DNA of 64,000 nucleotides from Hypanus sabinus (lineage: Eukaryota). How positions within the stretch are numbered: the first letter of the stretch is position 1; each line of letters opens with the position of its first letter. Both the position numbers and the translations under genes were made by a program. This document shows, piece after piece, positions 50,881-62,408 of the stretch. The notes under the pieces are model-generated. The model did not search any database. It worked only from the letters and a program-made list of their open reading frames with translations, and was not told the DNA's origin. The stretch lies in the NCBI RefSeq assembly GCF_030144855.1, contig NC_082728.1:38812001-38876000 (forward strand), in the 5' to 3' direction.

Positions 50881-53800
50881 AGGAAGAAAGTTGAGAAGCA
50901 GGACCTCAAAAGGTAGTAATCTCAGGATTACTGTCTGTGCCACGTGACAGTGAGTATAGGAGTAGAGTGAGGTGGAGGACAAATGTATGGCTGAGGGATT
51001 GGAGCAGCGGGCAGGGATTCAGATTTCTGGATCTTTGGGACCTCTTTTGGGGCAGGAGTGACCTGTACAAAAAGGGTGGGTTTCACTTGAATCCCAGGGG
51101 GACCAATATCCTGGCGGGAAGGTTTGCTAAGGCTATGGAGTAGAGTTTAAACTAGAATTGCTGGGGGGTGGGAACCGAACTGAAGAGATGGAGGAAGAGG
51201 CGGTTGGCTCACAAATAGAGAAAGCTTGGAGACAGTGCGAGAGGGAGGATAGGCAGGTGATAGAGAAGGGATGTGCTCAGACCGATGTTTGAGATGTGTC
51301 TGTTTTAGTGCAAGAAGCATCATGAACAAAGCAGATGAGCTTAGAGCGTGGATCAGGACTTGGAGCTATGATGTTATGACCATCACAGAGGCTTGGATGG
51401 CTCAGGGGCAGGAAGAGCTACTTCAAGCACCAGGCTTTAGATGTTTCAGAAAAGACAGGGATGGAAGCAAAAGAGACAGGGGCATAGCATAGAGGGATCA
51501 GAGATAGTGTCACGGCTGCAGAAAAGGAGGAAGTCATGGAGGGATTGTCTACCGATTCTCTGTGGGTGGTAGTTAGGAACAGGAAGGGGTCAATAATTCT
51601 ACTGGGTGTTTTTTATAGACCACCCAATAGTAACAGGGACATTGAGGAGCAGATAGGGAGACAGATTCTGGAAAGGTGTAATAATAACGTGGTGGGAGAT
51701 TTTAATTTCCCAAATATTGATTGGTATCTCTCTAGAGCAAGGGGTTTAGATGGAGTGGAGTTTGTTAGGTGTATTCAGGAAAATTTCCTGACACAATATG
51801 TAGATAAGCCTACAAGAGGAGAGGCTGTACTTGATCTGGTATTGGGAAATGAACCTGGTCAGGTGTTGGATCTGTCAGTGGGAGAGCATTTTGAAGATAA
51901 TGATGACAATTCTATCTCCTTTACCATAGCATTGGAGAGGGATAGGAACAGACAAGTCAGGAAAGCGTTTAATTGGAGTAAGGGGAAATATGAAGCTATC
52001 AAGCAGGAACTTGGAAGCATAAATTGGGAACAGATGTTCTCTGGGAAATGTGCGGCAGAAATGTGGCAAATGTTCAGGGCATATTTGCATGTTGTTCTGC
52101 ATTGGTATGTTCCACTGAGACAAGGAAAGGACGGTAGGGTACAGGAACTGTGGTGTACAAAGGCTGTTGAAAATCTAGTCAAGAAGGAAAGAAAAGCTTA
52201 CAAAACGTTGAAAAAAATAAGGTAATGATAGAGATCTAGAAGATTATAAGGCTAGCAGGAAGGAGCTTAAGAATGAAATTAGGAGAGCCAGAAGGGGCCA
52301 TGAGAAGGCTTTGGTGAGCAGGATTAAGGAAAACCTCAAGGCATTCTACAAGTATGTGAAGAGCAAGAGGATAAGACATGAGAGAATAAGACCAATCAAG
52401 TATGACAGAGAAGTATGTATGGAACGGGAAGAGATAGCAGAGGTACTTATTGAATTTTGCTTCAGTGCTCACTATGGAAAAGGATTTTGGCAATTGTAGG
52501 GATGACTTACAGTGGATTGAAAAGCTTGAACATATAGACTTTAAGAAGAGGATGTGCTGAAGCTTTTGGAAAGCATCAAGTTGGATAAGTCACCGGGACC
52601 AGACGAGATGTACCCTAGATGACTGTGGAAGGCGAAGGAGGAGACTGCTGAGCCTCTGGCAATGATATTTGCATCATCAATGGGGAAAGGAGAGGTTCCA
52701 GAGGATTGGAGGGTTGCAGATGTTGTTCCCTTCTTCAAGAAAGGGAGGAGAGATAGCTTGGGAAATTACAGACCAGTGAGTCTTACTTCAGTGGTTGGTA
52801 AACTGATGGAAAAGATCCTGAGAGGTAGGATTTATGAACATTTGGAGAGGCATAATATGATTAGGAATAGTCAGCATGGCTTTGTCAAAGGCAACTTGTG
52901 CCTTACGAGCCTGATTGAATATTTTGAAGATGTGACTAACCACATTGATCAAGGTAGAGCAGTAGTGTATATGGATTTCAGCAAGGCATTTGATGAGGTA
53001 CCCCATGCAAGGCTTATTGAGAGAGTAAGGAGGCATGGGATCCATGGGGACATTGCTCTGTGGATTCAGAAGGCAAAGAGCGGTTGTAGACAGGTCATAT
53101 TCTGCATGGAGGTCGGTGACCAGTGGTGTGCCTCATGGATCTGTTCTGGGACCCCTTCTCTTTGTGATTTTTTTAAATGACCTGGATGAGGAAGTGGTGG
53201 AATGGGTTAGTAAATTTGCTGATGACGTAAAGGTTGGAGGTGTTGTGAATAGTGCGGAGGGCTGTCAAAGGTTACAGTGAGACATTGATAGCAAAAATGG
53301 GCTGAGAAGTGGTAGATGGTTCACCCCAGATAAGTGTGAAGTGGTTCATTTTGGTAAGTCAAATATCATGGCAGAATATAGAATTAATGTCAAGACTCTT
53401 GGCAGTGTGGAGGATCAGAGGGATCTTGGGGTCCGTGTCCATAGGACACTCAAAGCTACTGCGCATGTTGACTCTGTGGTTAGGAAGGCATATGGTGCAT
53501 TGGCCTTCATCAAGTATTGGAATTGAGTTTAAGAACCAAAAGGTAATGTTACAACTGTGTAGGACCCTGGCTGGACCCCACTTGGAGTATTGTGCTCAGT
53601 TCTGGTCACCTCACTACAGGAAGGATGTGGAAGCTATAGAAAGGGTGCAGAGGAGATTTACAAAGATGTTGCCTGGATTGGGGAGCATGCCTTATGAGAA
53701 TAGGTTGAGTGAACTTGGCCTTTTCTGCTTGGAGTGACAGAGGATGAGAGGTGTATAAGATGATGAGAGGCATTGACCATGTGGATAGTCTGAGGGTTTT

Positions 53801-54022
53801 TCCCAGGGCTGAAATGGCTAGAGTGCATAGAATAGGCTGCCATTGACAGTGGTGGAGGAGGATACAATAGGGTCTTTTAAGAGACCCCTGAACAGGTACA
53901 TGGAGCTCAGAAAAATAGAGGGATATGGGTAACCCTAGGTAATTTCCAAAGTAAGCATGTGTTTGGCACAGCATTGTGGGCTGAAAGACTTGTATTGCGC
54001 TGTAGGTTTTCTATGTTTCTAT
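50881..54022 (+). mobile_element. CR1 (HER1-like) LINE, near full length: ORF1 esterase C-terminus plus ORF2 APE-RT, decayed
   Basis: FRFLDLWDLFWG..LYKKGGFHLNPRGT (ORF1); [67 protein letters not shown] and KFADD motifs; tail ttctatgtttctat. Confidence 0.95.
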
Positions 54023-54059
54023 ATTTTATATTCAGATTCATGGAAACTTGCTCCCTGGA

Positions 54060-57000
54060 GAGTTCATATGCGAGAAATTCCAGCTAATCCAACTCCACAG
54101 AAACAAGGTGGCTGACCTTGAAGAGGAGATAGCTGACCTGCAATGTTGTGGAGAATTGCCAGATGTCCTTTACAGAGACAGTGTGCACCCTCAGAGAGCC
54201 ACAGGTTAATACTCCAGACCAGAAAGGAAGAAACAGGTGGGTAACTGTAGGAAGGAAACACAGGGTAAGAGGCTCACACTTTCCAGGAGCATCAACCCCA
54301 GAGTTCTGAGTGTCTAGCAATGTTCGACAATGACCGTGAAAGTTCTGAAGTGGTAGGCAGAAGAGAAGAGTCCCACAGGACCCTCTCTAATCCTAAACTT
54401 AAACCCCATAAAAAGGAAGTAGCGATAGTAGAGGACTCAATTATCAGGGGAGTTGAGGATAATGCATGTAAGGACAAGGAGATTCATACGGTGTGTTACC
54501 TACCAGGAACACCTCCCTGGACAAGTAGATAAGCTCCTGACCAGAGCTGGGGTGGATCCAGTAGTCACTGCCCACATTGGAACAAATGACCTAGGTATGG
54601 GCAGGCATTCAGTTCTGCAAGACAAATTTAAAGAGTTACGTGGAAAGTTTAGGGCATAACTGACAAAGTGGTCTTATTGGAAGTTCTGCCTGTGCCACAT
54701 GCCAGTCCAGGTAAGGTGGAGGAAATTAGAAGATATAATGCGTGGCTCAAATCACGGTGTAGGTTAGACGGGCATAGGTTTGTGGGGCATTGGGGTGCCT
54801 GCTGGGGCAGATGAATCTGTACTGCCAGGATGGGTTGCATTTGAACCAGAGGGGCACCGGTGTACTGGGCAGGCATATGAATCAATTAGTTGAGGACTGT
54901 TTGAACCAGGGAATGGGGGGAGGGGCAGGGGTCAGGGAACTTAGAATAGGTTGGGCCCAACTGTTTGAACACCTTAATAGTGAATAACATATTAGGACAT
55001 AAAGTGATTATAGGCTTCAAAAATATAGAAGTAGGAATAGGATGAAAAACATCAGTAATAGACTAAGCATGGCCTGTGTAAATGCAAGTATTGAGAATAA
55101 ACTAAACCAGTTGGAATTATATGCAAGTGCATGTAACATGATATAATAGCGATAACAGAAATCTGGCTGGCCTCAAAGGATGGTGATGAATATAGGATTA
55201 AAGGATATACTTTACTTAGGAAAGATAGACAAGATTGTAAAGCTGGATGAGTGGTCATATACACGAGAGAATGTAAATGTGAGGTTGCTTATGGAAAGGA
55301 TGAATCGAGACTTAGTGAAGAAATCTGGGTGAGAATCAAAAGCTATAAGGATAAAGGAATAATCTGGGTGTGTGTTATAGACCCCACCCCCACCCCCCAT
55401 GCTGATAGTGATTTTATCGAACAACTCTATCAGAATATCTAAAAAAGCAAGTTCTGAGGGTTATGTTATAGTTATGGGTGACTTTACTTACCCAAATATT
55501 GAGTGGGAGAACCCAGTGACTAATGGTTACAGGAAAGTGAATTCACTGAGTGATTGAGTAATTGTTTTTTGACTCAGTGTGTTAATGCACCAACAAGAGA
55601 AGAGGCCTGTCTAGATCTGATAGTCTTCAACAATCAGGACAGAATTTTGAGTACAGAAATTGTTGAGCCTTTAGGAACAAGTGATCATAACATTGCTAGT
55701 CTCAGTTTTTTTTTGGGAGAGTATGTCAGTAAAAAACTGAATTTGAATTGAATCTCAGAAAGGCAAAGTTTGTGCAGATGTGCCAAAGACCTCAGCAGGT
55801 AAACTGGAAGTAACTACTTGACGTTGAATCAATTGAGGAACAATAGGGTCAATTAAGGAGGTAATACACTGAGTGCAGGAATTGTTCATACCCAAGGTTG
55901 GAAGAAGCAATAAAAAATCGATCAACTGCATGGATGAAGGAACATATACATAAAAACATTGCAGAAAAGACAGCTATATAAGGAATACAGAAGAAATAGT
56001 AATGATGTTAACCACATAGCATATGAAAATATAAGAGCTATAGTCAAGAGGGAAATTCAGATTGCCAAAAGGCAGGTTGGGAAGGATTTTGCTGATGATG
56101 CTAAGATTTCAATATTTTAGAGATAAAAGAAAAAGTCAAGGAGGAAGTTAAGTGTATTAGGAATAATAATGTGGGGTTAAATTATGCAGAGAAGGACATA
56201 GCAGACACTCTTAACTCATATTTTGCTTAACTGTTCACCTGCGAAGATGCTAGCAAAATGCCAGTAAGTGTAGAGAAAAAAAAAGTTGTTTTAAGTGACT
56301 TAGAGATCTAAGAAAGTGAAGTCCTGCTTCAGCTGAAAAGACTGAAAGTTAATAAATCTCCAGGGCCAGACAATATATATCCAAGAGTACTTAAAGAGGT
56401 CTGTGATTATATATACAAAGCTCTAACATGTTATTTTCAAAAGTCCGTGAAGACTAGTGAAATCCCTAAGGACTGGAAATGGGTTAATGTTGTCCAAGTA
56501 TATAAAATGGTTGACAGTACTAATCCTGCTAACTCTAGATCAGTAAGCTTAACATGTATCGTAGGCAAGATGATGGAAACAATAACAAAAACTGAGATGT
56601 TAATGTAGATGATAAGAACAAGCCTGTTTTCAGAAAGCCAGCATGGGTTCAGAAAGGAGAAATCATGTTTTACTAATATGCTGGAGTCCTGTGAAGAGGC
56701 AACTAAAATTTATGATAACAATAGAGCGGTTGATAACATTTACTTGGACTTTCAGAAGGCTTTTGACAAGATACCCCACTAGAGACTAATAACTAAATTA
56801 CAGGAGATGTGCAAATGGGCGCTGAATTAGCTCAAAAACAGAAAATAAGTCATGGTGGGAGGATTATTTTCACACCTAGAAGATGTTAAAAGTGGGGTTC
56901 TGCAGGGATCGGTTTTGGGGCCACTATTGTTTTTAATTTACATTAATGATTTGGATAAGCACATAACAAATAAACTAGTAAGTTTGCTGATGACACAAAA

Positions 57001-57823
57001 TAGGCGGGGGGCAGACTAATAGCATTCAGGCAGCAGAATCAATACAATTAATCTAAACAAAATCCAGATGTGGGCAGATAAATGGCAGACGTACAGTATT
57101 TAAATCTAATATTTCTACTTCCTATGTGTAAAGTATACACTGGGGTCTTGAGCTACAAAGTGCACTGTGTGAGAAGGGTTTGGGTGTCCTGCTGGATGCA
57201 TCACTATCAACATCCAGGCAATGCACGGAAGTGATTAGGAAGGCTAATAGAATGTTGGGCTATATAATACACTCAGTAAAGTTCACATCAAGAACTCCTT
57301 AAGCTGTATAATGCACTTGTGAGGCCTCACCTTGAATACCATGTGCGATTTTCATCTCCATATTTTGTGTGGGATGCAAAGGCACTGGAGCAAGTCCAGT
57401 GAAGGAATTAGACTCAATTCAGGTCTGCAGGGTATGAGCTATGGAGAAAGATTGAAGGAATTAAACCTTTTTAGCTTAAGTAGACATAGAATGAGAGGAG
57501 ACATGAAAGAAGTGTTCAAAATCATTAAGGATATAAGTAAAGCGGATGCCAGATGCTACTTCAAAGTTAATCCATCATCAAGGACATGGGGCCATAGGTG
57601 GAGACTGGTTAAAAGATTTCAGACTAACATCAGGAAGCAATTCTTTACACAGCAAGTTATGGTCACATGGAACAAACTACCTAGTTGTGTAGTTGAGAAT
57701 AGTACCTTACAGACTTTCAAATCTAAACTAGATAGTTACTTCAATACACTATGTGAATAGGAATTAACAAGCTTTGTTGAGCTGAATGGCCTGTTCTTGT
57801 CAATAACTTTCTAAGGTTCTAAT
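54060..57823 (+). mobile_element. Second, distinct CR1 LINE family, near full length, with SGNH-esterase ORF1
   Basis: IVEDSIIRG, HIGTNDLG and DGLHLNQRG (SGNH blocks); ITEIWL, GDF, PTREEACLDL, GTSDHN, KSPGPDNIYP, QHGFR, YLDFQKAFDK and [10 protein letters not shown] motifs; different tail gctgaatggcctgttcttgtc...tctaaggttctaat. Confidence 0.92.
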
Positions 57824-58292
57824 CCGATGTGGCAGAACCGAGACAAGGCGAGGCAGCGGGCCCATTGACGAGAGTGAAGAAGACTGGAAGTTCAATCAAT
57901 TTAAATGCGAGAGGTCAAATTGAGATAGTGGGGTCCAGGAGCAAGGTGAATCGAAGCGACTGAACCCAACGTTTGGATGGTGATTTGGGCACTGGCTGAG
58001 ATTGGAAAGGACAGGATGTTGAGGCCTGAGGCAGGAGAAGGCCGGTTCAGCTCACTACACTGTGACATTTCCTCAGCTCTTCGCTGAACCATGGACCTCA
58101 CTCAGACTCTGTTTGTGGACTTCAGTTCAGAACACAGTTTGCTTGTAGTTATTGTTTGCATGATTTATTCTTTTTTTTCTTTCCTCTACGCATTAGGGTG
58201 TTTGACAGACTTTTTTTACGGGTTCTTTTGGGTTTCTTTGCCTTATGGCTGCTCTTAGGAGACAAATCTCAAGGTTCATAATGTATACATAC
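57824..58292 (+). mobile_element. Non-autonomous retroelement with Rex1-like tail
   Basis: Ends ...gggttcttttgggtttctttg...aatctcaaggtt...tactttgataacaaatttactt, similar to the Rex1 tails in the window. Confidence 0.6.
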
Positions 58293-58399
58293 TTTGATAA
58301 CAAATTTACTTCGGAATTTTTCCTCTCCATTAACATAAATTGGGTTAATTTGGTGACTTTATCAAATAAAAACTATACTGTAACTATGATCAAAGGTAG

Positions 58400-58975
58400 T
58401 TCAATAAAAAGTCATATATATGAGGTCAGCACATTTTGCCCCTCGTTAATTGAGAAGACAGTGTTCTTCTTGAATGAAGGCACCTTCTTGAACAGTTGCC
58501 TTCTTTCTGATGAAGATACTCCTACAGTATTGAGGGGCAGATCATTCCAGGATTTAGACCCAGAGACAATGAAGGATTAATGATACACTTCCAAGTCAGA
58601 ATGGTGTGTGGAATTGGAAGAGAATCTGTAGATGAAGATGTTACTATGCACATGTTACCTTCATCTCTTTCTTTGGTAGAAGTCATGGGCTTGGGATGTG
58701 CTGCTGGAATGAACTAGATAAGAAACCGTTCTGCCATTTCTGTGGTTTAGAGGATGAATGTTGGGGATATTGGGTGAGATACCACTTAAGCAAACTGCTT
58801 TGTTCTGGATGGTGACAAACTCCTCGACAGTCACGGCGCTCATGACGACAATGAAAGATATTCTATCACGTTGTTCACAGTGACTTGTAAAGTTAGAAAG
58901 GCATAAGGGCATCAGGAGATGAGCCACTTGCCACAGGATACCCAGCCTCTGACCTGTTCTTATCGAAGGACACAT
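58400..58975 (-). mobile_element. Ancient CR1/L2-group LINE 3' fragment
   Basis: TGQRLGILWQVAHLL in ORF 58661-58975; same family as 18070-18420. Confidence 0.6.
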
Positions 58976-59221
58976 TTAACTGAGAGAAGAAATTTGGTGC
59001 CAACCCTCTACCTATATTTTGCAGTTACAGAGTGCTCAAAATGAACAAGGTTGCAAACAAAATGAAACTAAATTCTCAAATATACACACTGATAGCCCTA
59101 ATATTTCTCATGGCTTATTGGAGAATTACAACAAAAAGAAAAGAAAAATTTGCATTAATATAGCAATTTCCATCTTGCTTTCAGAACATCCCGAAGCACT
59201 TTCCAACCAATTATAATCATC

Positions 59222-60200
59222 AATAGTATTCAAAGATTCATTTATTATCAAAGCATGTATCCATATACAACTCTGAAATGTTTATTTTTCCAGATGCCCA
59301 CGAAACAGAGAAAGAACATGAAATACGTTCAAAGAGAAACATCAAAACCAACCCCCCAGATGACCCCCCCCGGTCATCAACCCTCCCCAAAATCCCCCCT
59401 ATGCAAAACGAACAGGAAAATAGGCCCCCCAAAAAAAACCCTCCCCCGCACAAAAAGTAACAGAACATCAACCCCCAAACACTCTTCCCCTTGCACAATT
59501 TATAATTCTTATAAGTGACTTGGATAGATGCAAAGCTTAGAAAAATAGAAGGCAATGGGTAACCCTAGGTAATTTCTAAAGTACGTACATGTTCGACACA
59601 GCATTGTGGGCCAAAGGGCCTGTATTGTGCTGTAGATTTTCTATGTTTCTATGTTAACAAAACAGAAAAGGAACGGGCGATAAGAAAACAGAATATAAAA
59701 ACCAAAGGACTGAAAAAGTCCAGAACATAAACACAGGAACATCCTACAATATCATAGAGATTCATCGAAAGAGAGGGTTACCACACAAGGCAGAGAGGCC
59801 TACCCACGAACCACACAGCATTAGACCACTTACGGACTCCTCCGGCAACGATCTAAAGAAAGCCAGTCAGCACTGAAGCTCTCACCTCGATGGTTTAATT
59901 GGCAATTCATGGACGCTTTAAGCAGCGAAATGGAGTCAAACATTGGCTTGCATCGCGGCTTGAAATTTCTTTGCATTGAGGTCATCCAAGTATGCGGTCA
60001 CTTCCCGGAATCTTCCAGGAGACAGCAAAGTGCTGAATCCCTCAAAAAATCTCCAAACCATAAACTGCAGGCTCTAACAGTCCCAGGAACACATTTAAGG
60101 TGAAAATCAGATGAAAAAGAAGTGATAAAGACACTTTCATAACCTATCTGGAAGATATCGACTGAGGGAGCATTGTACGCTGCCAGCATCTTGACCGGAA
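59222..60200 (-). mobile_element. Non-autonomous retroelement, probably full length (TTCCGGTCAAGATG start, Rex1-like tail), with a nested CR1 tail
   Basis: Sense start ttccggtcaagatgctggc at 60200; tail gctttgataataaatgaatctttgaatac; plus-strand CR1 3' end inserted at about 59508-59655, matching 53880-54020. Confidence 0.65.
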
Positions 60201-60254
60201 ATTTTTATGGTTGGAACAAATCTAGCTTTGTATGCTATTTGAAAGGGCTAACAT

Positions 60255-60540
60255 AAGAGAAGATCATTTTAAGGTGATTGGAGAACTGACTGTGGGGGAT
60301 GTCAGAAGTAAGTTCTTTTCACAGAGTGGTGGGTGCGTGGGATGATCTACCAGGGGTGGTGATAGAGGCAGATATAATAGGGGCATTTAAGAAACTCTTA
60401 GATAGATGCAAGTCTGATAGAAAACTGGAGGATTATGTAAGAAAGAATGGATATATTGATATTCGAGTAGGCTATAAGGTCGACACAACATTGTGGGCTG
60501 AAGGGCCTGTCCTGTGCTGTACTGTTGTACGTTTTATGAA
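60255..60540 (+). mobile_element. CR1 3' fragment
   Basis: RVVGAWDDLPGVVIEADIIGAFKKLLDR; tail tgtgggctgaagggcctgtcctgtgctgtac. Confidence 0.85.
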
Positions 60541-60864
60541 CTCCAGTAAAAGTGAGCAGTTTCTAGATTTGTCATAATTTTGGGTGGAAGTGAACCAAAT
60601 CACAAGCACTGAAGTGTGGTGAGATAGAATTTTCACATGATGATGTGGATCCTGAACTGACAGAACATACTAGGACATGCTGTCTACCCTTAAGGTTTAA
60701 TTGGATAGAGTTTCAGGTTGCTTCTGTAAGGAATGGTAAACTAGTCCTCCACATTATTGTCACTGGTCTGCATAATAGATCTCTGCTCGTTATGTAAGAA
60801 ATGCCAGTTCAGGATATCACATTTACCCTCAAAACTGACACTGCCTTCAATATGCTGACATTAG

Positions 60865-61330
60865 AGACAGGCCAAAAGAGATTCTTACTGAAAACTGGTC
60901 ATCCTGCCCTGAGTAGCTAAGACATTGGATCTATTTTTTTGAGAGTTTAGAAGACGGAGGGATGATCTTATTTAAACAAGATTGTGGGGGTGGAACAAGA
61001 TAAGGTATATCTTCAGATGTTCCTACCTATTGGAGAATTTTCAGAGAAAAAATGACACGGTTTCAAGATTAGGTAGCAGGCAATTGAAACTGACATGCAT
61101 AGGAACAAATTCTCACAAGGATGCTGAATGTCTGGAATTCTGTAACCTCCTTGTCGAAGCTGAATCATTGGCAGTATTTAAAGTGAAAGCAGATACATTT
61201 TGAAAAATCAGGAAATTGGGTTCTTTGGCACAGAAGAAGAGATAGAGACAGGGTCAAACAAGATCATAATTAATGGCAGGGAAAGCTTGAGGAGCTGGGG
61301 AGCTCACTCCTTTTCTATTTGCTAATGTTC
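60865..61330 (+). mobile_element. Older CR1 3' fragment
   Basis: gtttagaagacggagggatgatctta...gaatgtctggaattc...gtatttaaag...ctcactcctt. Confidence 0.6.
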
Positions 61331-61599
61331 GTTCAAGTTACTGTATTTTCAGACCGTTCATTATTTCCTCACACAACTTGCCAACTGCTTTAATTCCAGT
61401 CTGGTGTTTCTTTAAAACCCAAATCAGATGTTTTGCAACACCTTAAGAGACCACCTAATAACACCTCAAGGAACCACATATTTTTCTCCGAGGCAAAGAG
61501 TTTTGAAAAGATAAACATGGCAGCCATTTTGGACAATTCCAGATTACCTAAGCAGCCCTGAGTTAATTAACCTGTTTTTATCAAGTAAACAAGATTCTT

Positions 61600-61800
61600 A
61601 AACTCACTCCACTTGACTATTATCATCAACATCCTTAACACTAAAGAGCAAGCAACCAATACAGATCCTTGTCCTTGGATGGAATCTGCAGCATTACAAT
61701 ACAGACACTGCTTCTGTTCTACACACAGGAATCAGCCTAGATTTTGCATTTAAACCTCGGAATGCAATGAAACCACAACATCAGATTAAGAGTTGAGTAT
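61600..61800 (-). mobile_element. DeuSINE-type SINE relic
   Basis: tcagcctagattttgcatttaaacctcggaatgcaatgaaaccacaac resembles the reverse complement of the SacSINE1-type 5' region. Confidence 0.4.
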
Positions 61801-61928
61801 GATCCAGACTTACATAATAAAAGCACTCATTTAAGCATTAGCCTCAGTTTTATGTGAAAATAATGGCATTTGTCCTAGAACTTGCTGGCCTAGATTTAGG
61901 AGCTCTTGTGTGAGTGTACAAATCCTAA

Positions 61929-62408
61929 AAGCTAATTTATACTTGTGCATCACATCTACACCGTAGGCACCATGTACCCTACGCCATACCTACACTGCGC
62001 CCTTTCGCCGTAGGGTGATGTGCACCTCTCCAAAAAAGTTACTTATCCATGGCGGCAATGCAGACCACAACAATTGTGATTGGTCCACTTGTTAGCATTG
62101 CAATTCCTCCTACGCATTTCCAGTTGCTTCTTCTCCGCCATGTTTGCAGGCTGTGAGTACATGGATGCGAAATAGACGAACCAAATCGTCAAACCTACCT
62201 GCCGACATGTGCAAATGTTTGAAATGCATTGCCTCATCCATGTCTCTCATGAAGAAACTCAACACAGTGGCATAGAAACCCCACCGCCAACTGGCGTTTT
62301 GGCGCACATCAACGCATGCTCGTTACGTTGTAGAGCAACGAAGAAGTGAAAATCAAAGCTACAGCGTAGGCTGCGGTGTAGCCCATACATACAGGTATAA
62401 ATCAGCCT
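61929..62408 (-). mobile_element. PIF/Harbinger non-autonomous element (480 bp) with transposase N-terminal remnant
   Basis: TIRs aagctaatttatac and gtataaatcagcct; TAA TSD at 61926-61928 and 62409-62411; minus-strand MRDMDEAMHFKHLHMSAGRFDDLVRL resembles the Harbinger F..YFRMS...F..L motif. Confidence 0.8.

Noticed and set aside
51536-53737. Longest ORFs (229, 172 and 142 aa) as host genes
   Set aside because: They are pieces of a frameshifted CR1 ORF2.
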